NCBI RefSeq assembly: GCF_018977255.1
Contig: NW_024704743.1
Span: forward strand, 85,934,001 to 85,998,000
Length of the DNA: 64,000 nt
Direction: 5' to 3'
DNA from: Callorhinchus milii
Taxonomy: Eukaryota
The notes under the pieces were generated by a model. That model ran no database searches. It saw nothing but the letters and a program-made list of their open reading frames with translations, and was not told the DNA's origin. Positions 51,070 through 63,267 of the stretch are shown piece by piece. The position numbers were made by a program, and so were the translations under genes. Within the stretch, counting starts at the first letter, position 1. The number at the start of each line of letters is the position of its first letter.

Positions 51070-52200
51070 TCATAGCTCATTCCTCTAAAACTGGGGATCA
51101 GCCCCATTGCTTTACTCTGCACTGCCTCTAGGGCTTGGGCAGCCTCTTATGTTATGGTGACCAGAATCGTATGCAGTACTGAAAGTGCAGTTTGATCAGA
51201 GCCCTGTACAGTAAGTATGTCATCTGGGTATCTAAACTCAGCTGAGTTAGCAATGTAAATAAAACGCAAAATACTACAGATGTTGGAAATCTGAAACAAA
51301 AGCAGAAGTCGCTGGGAACACTCAGCAGGTCAGGCAGCATCTATGGAGAGAGGAAAGTGAGTCAGTGTTTCAGGTCCACGACCCTTCATCAGAACTGGGG
51401 CGTGTTGGGAGGGAGAGGCTTTTAAGGGTTAACAGAGAGGGGGGAGGCAGGACAAGGAAGACAAAGAAAATGGGGGAGAGGACAGGGGATGATGGGTTAA
51501 AGTGTTAATGAAGCAAAAATGATGATGATGCTCATGAGGTATTAATGATACCTTGATTTAGCAATGTAGTCCAGCATCCTAGTTGGTTTGTTTATTGTTG
51601 CTTCACACTGTTTTGACAGAGTGAGCGACGAGTCAACTAAGATCCGTAAATCTTTTTCAGCTTCTCCCTCAGCAAATTCAATGTTATTGTTACTGTTATT
51701 CTTGGATCCTATATGTAGATCCTTAAATTTATCAGTATTATACTTAATTTGCAAGTTATCAGGCCATGCACATACCCTATCAAGCTCTCTTTGTAATACC
51801 TTTGCTGCCTCCTCTGATTCCACATTTCCATCCAACTTGGTCTCTTTCTTGCACCGGGTTTGTGAATCTGGGTCATTGATATATACAAGAAACACAATGG
51901 GTCCCAGTACAGACCCCTGAGGCACCCAGCTTAGTACCTCTCCCCAGTTGACATAGCTCCCCTAACAAAACCTCTATGCTTCCTTCATCTTCAGCCAATT
52001 TGGAATCCATGTCCAGATCTTCCTCTGGATACCCCAGTGACAGTTACGGGTCCATAATGCTGTCTGTCCAGTACCTTGGGATTTCCTCCCGACATGAAAG
52101 GCACTTTACAAATGTAATTTTGTTGTTGTTGTTGACCACAGTTTGTGGTGGAGCCTTTCATGTGGTACTTTGTCAAATGCCTTTTCAAGGATTAGATACT
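51070..52200 (-). mobile_element. Degenerate CR1 fragment, interrupted by a Penelope-like piece and an L2 tail
   Basis: [17 protein letters not shown] and LYRALIKLHFQYCIRFWSP. Confidence 0.8.
51258..51530 (-). mobile_element. Penelope-like element terminal fragment with a degenerate hammerhead motif
   Basis: Minus strand AGTT-CTGATGA-AGGGTCGTGGACCT-GAAAC followed by GATGCTGCCTGACCTGCTGAGT..., as recalled for fish PLE ends. Confidence 0.6.
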
Positions 52201-52542
52201 ACTACACTGTATGTTGCTATACGACGTTGCATTAGAGGTATTCCATCAAATGGAAGGTTTATTTTACAGTATATGATAATAATAGTAATAATAATACAAC
52301 TACTACTAATAATCCTTGTATTTGATATGGTGCCTGATCATGGCAGAAGGACGTCTCAAAGAGCTTCACAAGATTTACGCTGAAATAGAGTGATTGTTTA
52401 TTTGCAGCTACACAGTTGCGCACCACAATGTCCCAGAAACAGCCATGAAACAAATGACCAACTTGAACCCACAACTTTCTGACTCAGAGGCAAGAGTGTG
52501 ATCACTAATCCTTGCATTTGATATAGCGCCTTATCACATCTT

Positions 52543-53733
52543 CCGACCACCTGCTCCCTCGATCCCATCCCTACTCCTCTCCTTACCTCCCATCTCCAAC
52601 TCCTTGCCCCTCTACTCACTGACGTCATAAATCTCTCCCTGTTATCTGGTATAGTTCCCACCCCATTAAAAAACGCCGTCATCACTCTTATCCTTAAAAA
52701 ACTCTCCCTGGAGTCATCTCTACTCCCAAATTACCACCCCATCTCCAACCTCCTTTCCTCTCCAAGGTTCTGGAGCGAGTTGTTGCTTCTCAGTTTCACT
52801 GCTTTCTCTCCCGCTACTCCCTTCTCTCAGAATGTCTGTCAGACGTCAAGTCCTGGATGAGAGCTAACTTTCTTCAGTTGAACGTCAACAAGACCGAGGC
52901 TCTCCTGATTGGCTCCCGTCAGCGCCTCCTCACCTCAGGCGCTGACAGTATCACCATCCACGGTTGCACACTCCACCTTACTGAGCCAGTCCAGAACCTT
53001 GGCGTCTTGTTTGATGCTCAACTATCCTTTCTACCCCACATCTGCACCATAACCTGCTCTGCCTTCCCCCATCTCCGCAACATCGCCCGGCTCCGCCACT
53101 GTCTCACACCCCAGGCCGGCAAAACCTTCATACACGCTTTCATTACATCGAGGCTCGACTACGCAAACTCCTTGCTTGTCAGCCTCCGCAATTCCTCCCT
53201 GCATAGGCTGCAGATCGTCCAGAACTCTGCAACTTGTGTCCTCTCCCACACCAGGCTCCGTGACCCTTTCACCCCCTTTCTCGCCCGATTCCACTGGCTT
53301 CCCATCATACAGAGGATACAGGTCAAGATCCTGGTCCTCACCTTCAAAGCCCTCCATGGTCTTGCTCCTCCTACCTCTGCGACCTCCTAATTCCCTACCA
53401 TCCTGCTCCCTCCCTCCGCTCAGCAGGCTCTGGCCTGCTTCACGTCCCCCGCCTTAAGCACCCCACTATTAGTGTACGGGCCTTCTGCCACTCTGCCCCC
53501 ACCCTCTGGAACTCCATCCCGCAGACCCTCTGTCTCGCCCCCTTTCTTGCTTCCTTCAAGACCCATCTTTAGACACTCATCTTTGACCGTGCTTTTGATT
53601 TCCCTGTTTCCCTCCCTGCCCTCCACCCTCCCCAACCCCAACCCCCCGCTCGGGTCCGAAACTCTGTCTGTCCAGCCCCTTGGGACGTCCTCCCAACATG
53701 AAAGGCGCTATATAAATGTAATTTTGTTGTTGT
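52543..53733 (+). mobile_element. L2 LINE fragment with internal deletion near 52825 (YADD region missing)
   Basis: [11 protein letters not shown] region joined to [17 protein letters not shown]2 tail. Confidence 0.9.
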
Positions 53734-55514
53734 ACTATGCCAACATTTCTAACATGCGTACCATAATTTTGAAAGACATCTTCTTTAAAAAAGTAACATT
53801 GTTGTATTCTCTCAGGAGTTTGTTTCTGAATGATAGTTTTTGTTCCAAAAATGATCAAAGGATTGGTTTACCTCTTCTGCTCCAAGTTATAAGCTTTCCT
53901 GATGAATTTTTTATGATTGGGTTAGAATTACATTTTTCTGTGTTACAAATTTGGTGGAAGAGCAGACGATGGAAAGCTTTGTCAATCCACTTGTTTAAAA
54001 AATGCATCTCTTTTCAAGTTGAATTTTAATCTATAAATTAATTTTCTCTTGGGCGCAATTGAAACCCACAATCTATGAGCCAGAAGTCCAATACCGTGGT
54101 CCCAGGAAATAAATATTTAATGATGTCTGTGACATTATTCACGTATTCATTTCTTTCTTTTATTTGTCCATTGAGGCTTCAATAAGACAAGGATACAATA
54201 ATATGTGACTAATGAAAAGTCAATCCATCTTACACCTTGACACTTCAATATGTAGTGCACCACAATAATCAGTTTATTTATCTCTAACAATCCAGGCTCA
54301 ACGACTAGGAAAAGGATTCAAGCATGACAGTTAGGTCATGTAATCTCAGAGAAGTATAGAATTGTAGAAATTTGCATTGCAGAAGTATCTGTCCTAGCTC
54401 TTTGAAAGAGTACTTATTTTAGTTCCATTTACCTGCGTTTTCGCCGTACAACTTCAAATTTGTCCTAGTTAGATATCTCTTGAAAGTTCATATGGATTCT
54501 GCTTTGACCACCGCAAATGACAGGTCATTCCATATCCTATGAACCCTCTTTGTAAAAAAAGTCCTATTAATTTCTGCCTTTGTTAGCCTATTTCGGTTAG
54601 CAGCATTCTCGTCTCTGAGTGAAAATTTTGTGGGCTCAATCATCACGGCAGGGCTTGGAACTTACATAGTCTTGACTGCCACTACAGTGCAATGCTGGGA
54701 GGAGTTCTACATTGCTGGAGGTGCTGTCCTTCAATGACATATTTAATCGAGGTGCCATTTGCCTGTTAAGGTGGATGTTAAAGATCCACCTTCAAATCGT
54801 GCACATGACACGATTTGAAAAGAGAAGAGAGTTTCTCCTGGGGTATACGCCAGAATAAAAAATGATCATTCACTTTAACGCTGCTTGTGAGACATTACTG
54901 TGTACAAATTGCCTTCTGAGTTCACCTACACAATACAGAGGCACTATATTCACTGTAGTGAATCCTGTGAAGCACTTTGAGACATCCTCCCGATGTGAAA
55001 GGTATAATATCAAATGTTAGGGTCTGGGACTGGAGTTTAGCCTCTCCCTCTCTGGAGTTTAGCCCCTTCCCCTCTCCCTCCCCTTATGTATATAATTACA
55101 GTGGATCCAACAGATGGCCAAATTGAGGTCCCGGAAGGTTGTGGGACCAAGATATAGCAGAGCTCAAAACCAAAGTTTTCCAGAACTTCAGACATAACTA
55201 CACAAATCTACATTCCATATTGGATCCTTTGGTTTCAAGCGTAGCTGCAACGGGTCGGTACAGCAAAGTATTAATAATTGCAAAAACGGGTGCCAAATTA
55301 AGAACAAATGTAACAATTTTCAACAATTCTGTGCAGTCTTGAATTTAATTTGATATGTTTTTGGAAGCTAAAACTAAGTTTAGGCCAACTGATTTGAAAC
55401 AAAATGCATACATAGACTTTGTAATGACCCCTACAAAAAATGGGGATATTGGTTGAGTCTGAAACACCCTCTTGTGGTAGTTGAGCCAAGGTTTGCCTAT
55501 TCAAGATTTGCTCA

Positions 55515-55960
55515 GCAATAATAATCTTTAAATTTGATATAGATCCTTTCACGTCGGGAGGATGTCGAAAAGCGCTTCCCAGGATATAATGTAAAGGGAG
55601 TGACTGTGTGTCTTGTGGGCGAACACAGCAGCCAATTTGTATGCAGCAATGTCCCACAAACGGCAATTAAGTGAATAATAACTTTTATTTGGGGGATTGT
55701 TTGCCTGAACACTGGGAGCAACTTCCTTCACTTTTCGAAAAGCTCCATGGGATGTTTTAACATCCACCTAAACAGGCAGATGAGACCTCGATTTAAAGTC
55801 TCATCCAAAGTACAGCACCTCCAACAATGAAGCTCACCCCCAGCACTGCGTTGGTGTGTCAGCCTAGACTATATGATCTATAAGCCCCAACCTGAGGCTT
55901 GAACCCACAATTTTCTGACTCAGAAGCAAGAGTGCTACCAACTGAGCCAGACTGACCCAC
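55515..55960 (-). mobile_element. Older SacSINE1-like Deu SINE, near full length
   Basis: Reverse complement of the 42700 family consensus. Confidence 0.8.
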
Positions 55961-57249
55961 AGTAATGTGTGTCTGACTGGAAGCAATGTGCAGCCCCTCA
56001 GCTTGTTTTGTCTGAGTAAAAATAAACACTTTATAACTTCAACTTGGTGTGTGGATTAGTTCATTGTATATTTTTACACAAATATGGTAATTAAGCGGAG
56101 TCACTGTCTTAGGAGAAATGTTATCATTTCCACTAACCAATTTATCTTTCTGGGGGTGGAGGAGGTAAGCAAGGATTCCTGGCACTGAACTGGTTCCAAG
56201 GTGAAATGCTGGCCAACAAAAATGTCGGAATCATGTCAGCCCCTCTGTGTGGTGTTTTCAGTTGCCAGTTTCCCTTAGGCAGGCAAAGTCGGTTCCTGAG
56301 CCAATACTCCAGAGCACTTCTGATGACAGACCAGTCAGCCTGACTTATCAGAAATACTTGGAGGGGCGGTTACTGCAGACAGGGATTCTTCCCACTCAGT
56401 TCTTGTGAATCCTGCAAGCCAAGCCCTAATGGCTAGGTGGTTCTAGCTAGAGAAGCAGTGGAAAGCATGCCAAACAGTGTTTGCAATGGCAGATTGTTCC
56501 CCCAATGTCCACTCTGGGTAGTCTCCAATCCTTTTTCCTTGTCAAACTGTGTTTGGAACTAAATGGATTTCTTTTTTAATGAGCCAGTACAGGCTTAATG
56601 GGCCTTCTGTTCTGCAGTTTCTATGGTTCTAATATTTCCTGACATTAGGTGCAAACTCCATTCCAAACAAAGGGAAATTTCAATATATACGTGGAAGTAT
56701 CAGTGGTTTGTGAATGCTTAAGCATGACAATGGATTTCTTCATGTCAGACATTAGAATGTGCTTTTGTGGATCTATATCACCCAAATAATGATGGTGAGG
56801 TAAGGCAATGTACCTGAAAATTAGGCAATTTTGCTCCTGTATTTTTCACAATTCCACTCTAATTATTTGGCTAAGAACCCCAATAGTTTAATATATTCCT
56901 GTGTAAGATGCCAAAGCTGCAAAATGGAAACATCATGTTGAAAACCATCAAGTCAAATGAACTCAGTACATGCATTGACCAAGTTGCAAGGAAAAGGTGA
57001 TGTCTAACACCAACAAAAGGCAAGGTGTTAACTGGATCAAACACAGTGAACTGACTGAAGCTGGGCTGAGGACACTTTGAGGGCAAAATTTTTTTTTTTT
57101 AAAATGGTCAATGAAAGACTCACAAATAATCAGCGGAAGATGGGAAGAAAAAGGTTGCAAAAGCTTGAGTGAACAGCGACGGGGGAGATCGTGGCTATGG
57201 CAAAGGAACAACCTGCATAAGCTAAGAACCACAAGCAGCATCGACGAGT

Positions 57250-57414
57250 AGTCAAAATGAAAAATACTGCAGATGCTGAAAATCTAAAACAAAAACAGAA
57301 GTCAGGAAGAAAAAGGTTCAGCGTAACGGGTTGTGGACTCGGAACGTTAACTCACTTTCCTTTCTCCATAGATGTCGCCTGACCTGCTGTGTGTTCCTAG
57401 CGACTTCTGTTTTT
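57250..57414. mobile_element. Inverted Penelope-like terminal fragment flanked by a candidate 10-bp target-site duplication
   Basis: Both halves match 51261-51384 in opposite orientations; flanked by ATCGACGAGT and ATCGATGAGT. Confidence 0.6.
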
Positions 57415-58749
57415 ATCGATGAGTCTCCCAGGGTAAGAATCTTGATTGAACTGAGTCCTGAGTCATCTTCCGCAGTTTATGTGTTTTATAACTATTGTAA
57501 CCGTCATTTTGGTTAGCAATAAATAATATCTAGTTTACCGTATTTTATCTCTGTTCAAAAAGCTTACCTCAGGGTGGAATGAGTTGACTCGCCACATATT
57601 TACTCATTGTTAAATGTTAAAACATGAGAAATGGCATCATTGCACATCACTCTTTCACCGTTGCTTATCTGTGAATGAGCACAAAAATGACCAACATTTA
57701 GAATATCTGTCTGACTGGCTCTATAAGTGAAAACTAAAATTACCATTGGCATATGATGCTCTTTCATATCCACAGATGAATAAATAAGACATCTTATTGT
57801 AGCCTCTCTCCCACCTAATTACATCATTGGCCCTGTTAATGTGAAATCTGAAATGTCAGTTTCTTTAATGATCAGTTTGAAGGTAGTTAGCAAAATAGGA
57901 TAAATCACTAGTCTTTTACACGTGTCCATTTATGTTAACAATGACAGTTCTGGAATTTCCTGGCGTCTGGCATGTGCATGAAAAGACAGAAAGCCTAATG
58001 TCTGAAATCTGCCACAAACAAAATTTTAGGATTAGCTTAGTGACTAGTTTCCATAGATTTTCCACAACGTGTAAAGAAAAACATATGTAGTCTGTCAACA
58101 AATCTGATCGGTTTGCTTATGGACTAGGTTTCAGAATTTGTCAGCAAAAGCCTTTTTAGATACTTAGATACTTTTTAGATGCTTTCTGGATACTTAGCAT
58201 CCATGGTCTGCACTCAAATCGTATATAACTGCATCTTACATTTATGCAACACCTCTCTTATAAAAAATTGTCTTTTTAAATGGCATTCAACCAAATAAGA
58301 TTAATTGCATTTGATATTGTGCCTTATCATGCCAAAGCACTTCACAGAATATATTATAAAGTGAATTGACTGTGTATTTTGTGGGTGACACATGGCAGCC
58401 AATTGCGAGAAAATGAAGTAAATGTTGTTACGGAGGCAAACTCTGCAGCTGATTTGAGTCAGTAAAGTGCTATGAAGAACAATGTGAAGAGTAGGCAACT
58501 GATAGAAATTTTGGGGTGAGCTTATTATGCATTTGATGTAGCATTTTATGGTGTCTTTAAGACATCTCATGGCAGTTCACAGGATTTACCGTAGAGCATA
58601 GTATCTGTGTATATTGCAGGTGAAGGTGTCAGCCAATTAGGACATAACAATATTCCACAAACAGCAATGATGAGGAGGAAGAATAACCCAAGATAACTGG
58701 GAGTAAAACTCTTTTTTATCAAATGACAATAGTGAGGGAAGGAGGTGTC

Positions 58750-59300
58750 ACTTTCATATCCAGCACTGAATGGTGCAGCATGTCAGGCGTACCAGTAAGA
58801 GATAGGACATGGAATTGTGTATGAAACTCTGCACATATTGAGTTACTGAGATCAAGCATATCACAGCAGGGAGATGATGATTTAGGTTGCATTCCTTAGA
58901 ACTGCGGAGGTCGAAGAGAGATCTGATTGAAGTATTTAAAATAATGATGGGTATTGACAAGCAGCAGGATAGTGGGTGACTCCTTTCCTCTGATAGAGGG
59001 ATCTAAAATACAGGGAAATAATCTTGAAATTAGAAAACATTTCTTTACATAGAGGGGTGTGAAAATATGGTATGCATTACCTCAGAAGACCATAGAACTA
59101 AAATCAAACGGGACATTTAAAAGGTAAGTAAATAGACAGACACACACGGACAAACAGACGACATAGACAAAATACATACATGGGAGTTAGGGTATTAAGG
59201 GGTATGGAGAAATAGGATTAAACGATTTGCAATAAGTTATTTAATTGGTGGAACATGCTCAATGGACTGAATGGCCTCCTCCTGTTCCCATGTTCCCAAA
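58750..59300 (+). mobile_element. Degenerate CR1 3' fragment
   Basis: Similar to 15400-15870 (GAGAGGAGATCTGATTGAAGTATTTAAAAT-like block; GAATGGCCTCCTCCTGTTCC end). Confidence 0.7.
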
Positions 59301-61542
59301 TCACTGAGGAGATGAGGAGCAAAGTGAATAAAGAGTTTTAAAAATAGAGTCTGGTGAGCAGTGAACATTATGTTTGTCACTACATTGAAAAACTGTGTAA
59401 AAAAGATGATTGAGATAAATGAACTAATGGATAAATACTGTTAATCTGTGTTCCATCGATTTTATCTGTAACAAAAGGTTACCTTATTATGTTGCTTCTA
59501 ACAGTTACTAATAAACTATAAATTAAAGTATGACATATTACAATTGATGGACAGCTTTTAATGAGAACAATTGATTGGACAGAAAATGCATTGCTTACAC
59601 TGCCAAAGATCCTCAAAAATTCTACGAAACTTACATAATATTATTATTAATTGGAAACAGGTGGTTCAATAAAACAAAATCCTAGGCAAAGAGAGACCTT
59701 TCCATTAAGACATGTACACTGTAATATTATTTATTTGGTCAACTCAGTCATACTTTTTTTTCTTTTTAAATGAAGGAAGGAGCAATTTTGTTTTAGCAGA
59801 TTGTTTGTCTGTCTGGCCACATGTGTGCTTCAAGCGCTGCTCAATGCCAATGATTGTCCACGGTTGATAACATTAGTGGTACCTCACATGGATTAAAGGT
59901 AGCCTATATATGTACCAGCAGCCATCACAAAGCAGTTATAATGTCAGGACAAACCTTTGCTCTATAAATAGCAACATTGTTATTTACATTTCTTTCAACC
60001 ATTTCCAGAGCAGATTAGCTCCATTCCAGTCTTGCAATGACGAGCCTTCGAAGATTTACAGTGGCGTGTGTGGTAATAGTAATGAATGGTTGCTGTAAAT
60101 AACGAACCATTTCAGACTCCAAGGATCAGCAATACATGATGGTGGTAAGATTTACATTCAAATTTGAAATTAAGCATCGGTTCAATAAAAATTTATTTAT
60201 TTGCAATCTGTTACTGTACAAGCCTATGTTATACTGTACTATTGTTGGAAGTGAAAGTACATTGCCTAATATGATGTTGTAAGCCTTTGACTCCTTTATT
60301 ATCCTCATATCAAGTTGTTCCATCTCTTTCATATTTAACATTATTTGGCACACAGCCATAAATATATTATTTAAACACATTACTTCCAAACCACATTCAA
60401 GTGTGACTTGTGACTCCTCTTCACAATGTAATTATCCTTGCATTTGATATAGTATCTTATCACGAGACGTTGAAATGTCTCAAAGAGCTTCATGGGATTT
60501 ATTGAAAGGTGTAGTGACTGTGTATTTTGGCCAGGACACTGGAAGACCTCCCTTTTCTTTGTGAATAGTGCTCTGGGATCTTCAGCGTCCACTTGAACAG
60601 GCAGAAAGGAATCTCGGTTTAACATTTCATCTGAAGGACAACACCTCTAACAAAGCAGCATTGCACTCGTGTCATCCTAGACTATGTGAGTTCAAAGACC
60701 TCAAATAATAATAGTAATAATCATTACATTTGGTAAAACGCCTTTCATGTGGGAGTACATGCCAAAGCGCTTCATAGGATATCTGCAAAGTGTAGTGACT
60801 ATGTGTTTTGTCAGTGAACTTAAGTGAATTTGCACACAGCATAAAGACAGTACAGCACAGACTGCCATAAAGCCAATGACCAATTTATTTGGGTATTGTT
60901 GGTCAGGACACCGTGAGGAACACCCTTCTCTTTTCAAATTATCCTTGGTATGTGGATAATAAAGGAATCAAAGGCTTACAACATCAGATTAGGCAATAGT
61001 CCATCAATTGTAATATACCATACTTTGAGTAACAGTTTATTAGTAACTGGGTAACATACACCTGGGCAGACAGACGGGGCTTCGGTTTCATGTCTCATCC
61101 AAAGGATGGCACTTCCAACAATACAGCACACTCCCAGCACTGCATTAGAGTATCACATGAGTTGCAAGACCATGTGGGCATTGAACTCACAACCTTCTGA
61201 CTGGGAGGCAAGAGTGATACTAATTGAACCTGACACTATCATAAACAATAAATGATGTCAGACAGAAATATGAAAGTACAATTTTTTTTTGGGGGGGGTC
61301 AGCCGGGGTTTGATACATATGAAAACCTATCACCATGCTTAAGAGTATCTAAACTGAACTGCGATTTCCACTAGAAAGTCAGTCATTCTGATCCATGCTC
61401 ATGAATCAATTATGCCCCTTGAGAACAACACCTCTTTGTAATGTAATATCAATCCTAACTAATGGAATACAGTAAGGGTGCACAGAGGGGACACTGGTGT
61501 CCAAGTCTAGGCTTTAATTTTTTCTTTTCAGACAACCTTCGT

Positions 61543-61638
61543 GGAGTCCTGTAGCTCAGTGGTTAGAGCACTCACCTTACAAGCGAGCCACGTAGAAGAC
61601 GTGAAAAGCGCTATATCAAATGCAAGGATTATTATTAT
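61543..61638 (+). mobile_element. Mini-SINE: tRNA head 5' half fused to the 3' tail
   Basis: GGAGTCCTGTAGCTCAGTGG...GCGAG joined to AGAAGACGTGAAAAGCGCTATATCAAATGCAAGGATTATT. Confidence 0.8.
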
Positions 61639-62629
61639 AATCTGAAAAGTTTTAGGAAAAAGTTGAACCTTCCGATAAAGCCTCCTATTTGACATGGGAA
61701 TTCTGCTACCTTTACACAGTGTGAAGTAATGGGAAAAAATCATGAATGATTTCATTTAAAAGAAAATGGCACGGAAAAATGAAACTGAGCATTCCATTAT
61801 ATTCAAGCCAGTCAATGATGGATGCTGCCACAGTGCTGTAATGTCAGTTTCTAATCCACTCTTGCAGCTTCTATCTCATTTAAGCAGTTGTGCTCCCATG
61901 CTACATTATATGCAAATAAATATTCTTTCCTTTTTTTTGTTTCATTTCCTTATGTTTATCTCCTTTATAATAAGAATAAACAAGATTAAAAAATATTTGC
62001 ATTTGATATAGGACCTTATCACAGCATCAAAATGTCTCAAAGTGCTTCACAGGATTTTACCCTAAAGTGTAGTGACTGTGTATTTGTATTTTAGAAACTT
62101 ATCATTAAAAAGGAACCAAAAACTGTAAATGAAAGCCTGAAGTTTGTAATGCTGCAATTACAGTGAACTGCTAGGTTATATAAATCACTGCAGTCTGGAC
62201 TACTGAAGCCTTCTTGTTGAAAAGTCATGGACTGGAAACAGTAAATGAGGAGCCGGTGTCTAGACCTCATTGAATATGTGTGGTCGATGCTGGAAAACTT
62301 TCAGTTTCCATAGAGAAGAGAAAAGCGACCCTGAGCCAGATGTGTCTTGGGTGCAAGATAGACTTAGTGTGAAAGAAAGCCACACAATCAGTGGACCTCA
62401 GATTGTAATTGAGTTTTCATTCATAATGTTGGATGCTGGAATCAATTTGAAACAATGGATGAAAACAAGTCAAAGTGGAGGAAGTTGTTGAAAAAGCCCT
62501 GCTGGGGAAAACATTTTGTGATATAAGTTGTGTTTCTGCAGAGAACCCCTGTAGGTCACATCAACTGGCAAGACCTCAAGGAGAACTGGAGGTGGAAACA
62601 AGATCTTGGGTGTATAGAACATATAGAAC

Positions 62630-62940
62630 ACAACAATAGAATACAAGTTTACATTTATATAGCACCTTTCATATCAGGCGGACATCCCAAGGCACTGGGG
62701 CTGGGGCCGAGGAAGTTGGGGGACAAAGGCGAGGGAAAGATGGCTGAAAATGCGACCAAAGAGGCAGAACTTGATGGAGACAAAGGGGCCAGTCGAAGGG
62801 GCTCCAGGATGAAGTTCCAGAGAATAGGGGCAGCTAAGCTGAAAGTCCAACTGCTAATGGTGGGGTGGATTGGGTGGGGTAGCCGAAGCAGGCCAGTGCC
62901 CCCTGAGCAGAAGGAGCAGCTGGGTTGGTAGGGTTTGAGG
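62630..62940 (-). mobile_element. Older L2 3' fragment
   Basis: GTGLLRLP...AAPILWN frame and tail. Confidence 0.75.
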
Positions 62941-63267
62941 ATAATAATAATAATAATAATAATAATCCTTGCATTTGATATAGCGCTTTTCACGTCAGGA
63001 GGACGTCCCAAAGCGCTTCACAGAAGACACTGTAAAGTGAATTGACTGTATATTTGTGGGTGAATGCGGCAGCCAATTGCGCACAGCAATGTCCCACAAA
63101 CAGTCGTAGATTGAAAATGACCAATTTATTATTGTTTTTGGTTTTGGAGGGATTATTATTAGGCGTGTGGAGTAAGGAAACTTGCCCAAGGTTTTGCCCT
63201 GCCTGGAATTGAACTCAGGTCTCTCGCTTGCAAAGCGAGTGCTCTAACCACTGAGCCACAGGTCTCC
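62941..63267 (-). mobile_element. tRNA/Deu SINE, short form
   Basis: Full-length copy. Confidence 0.93.
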
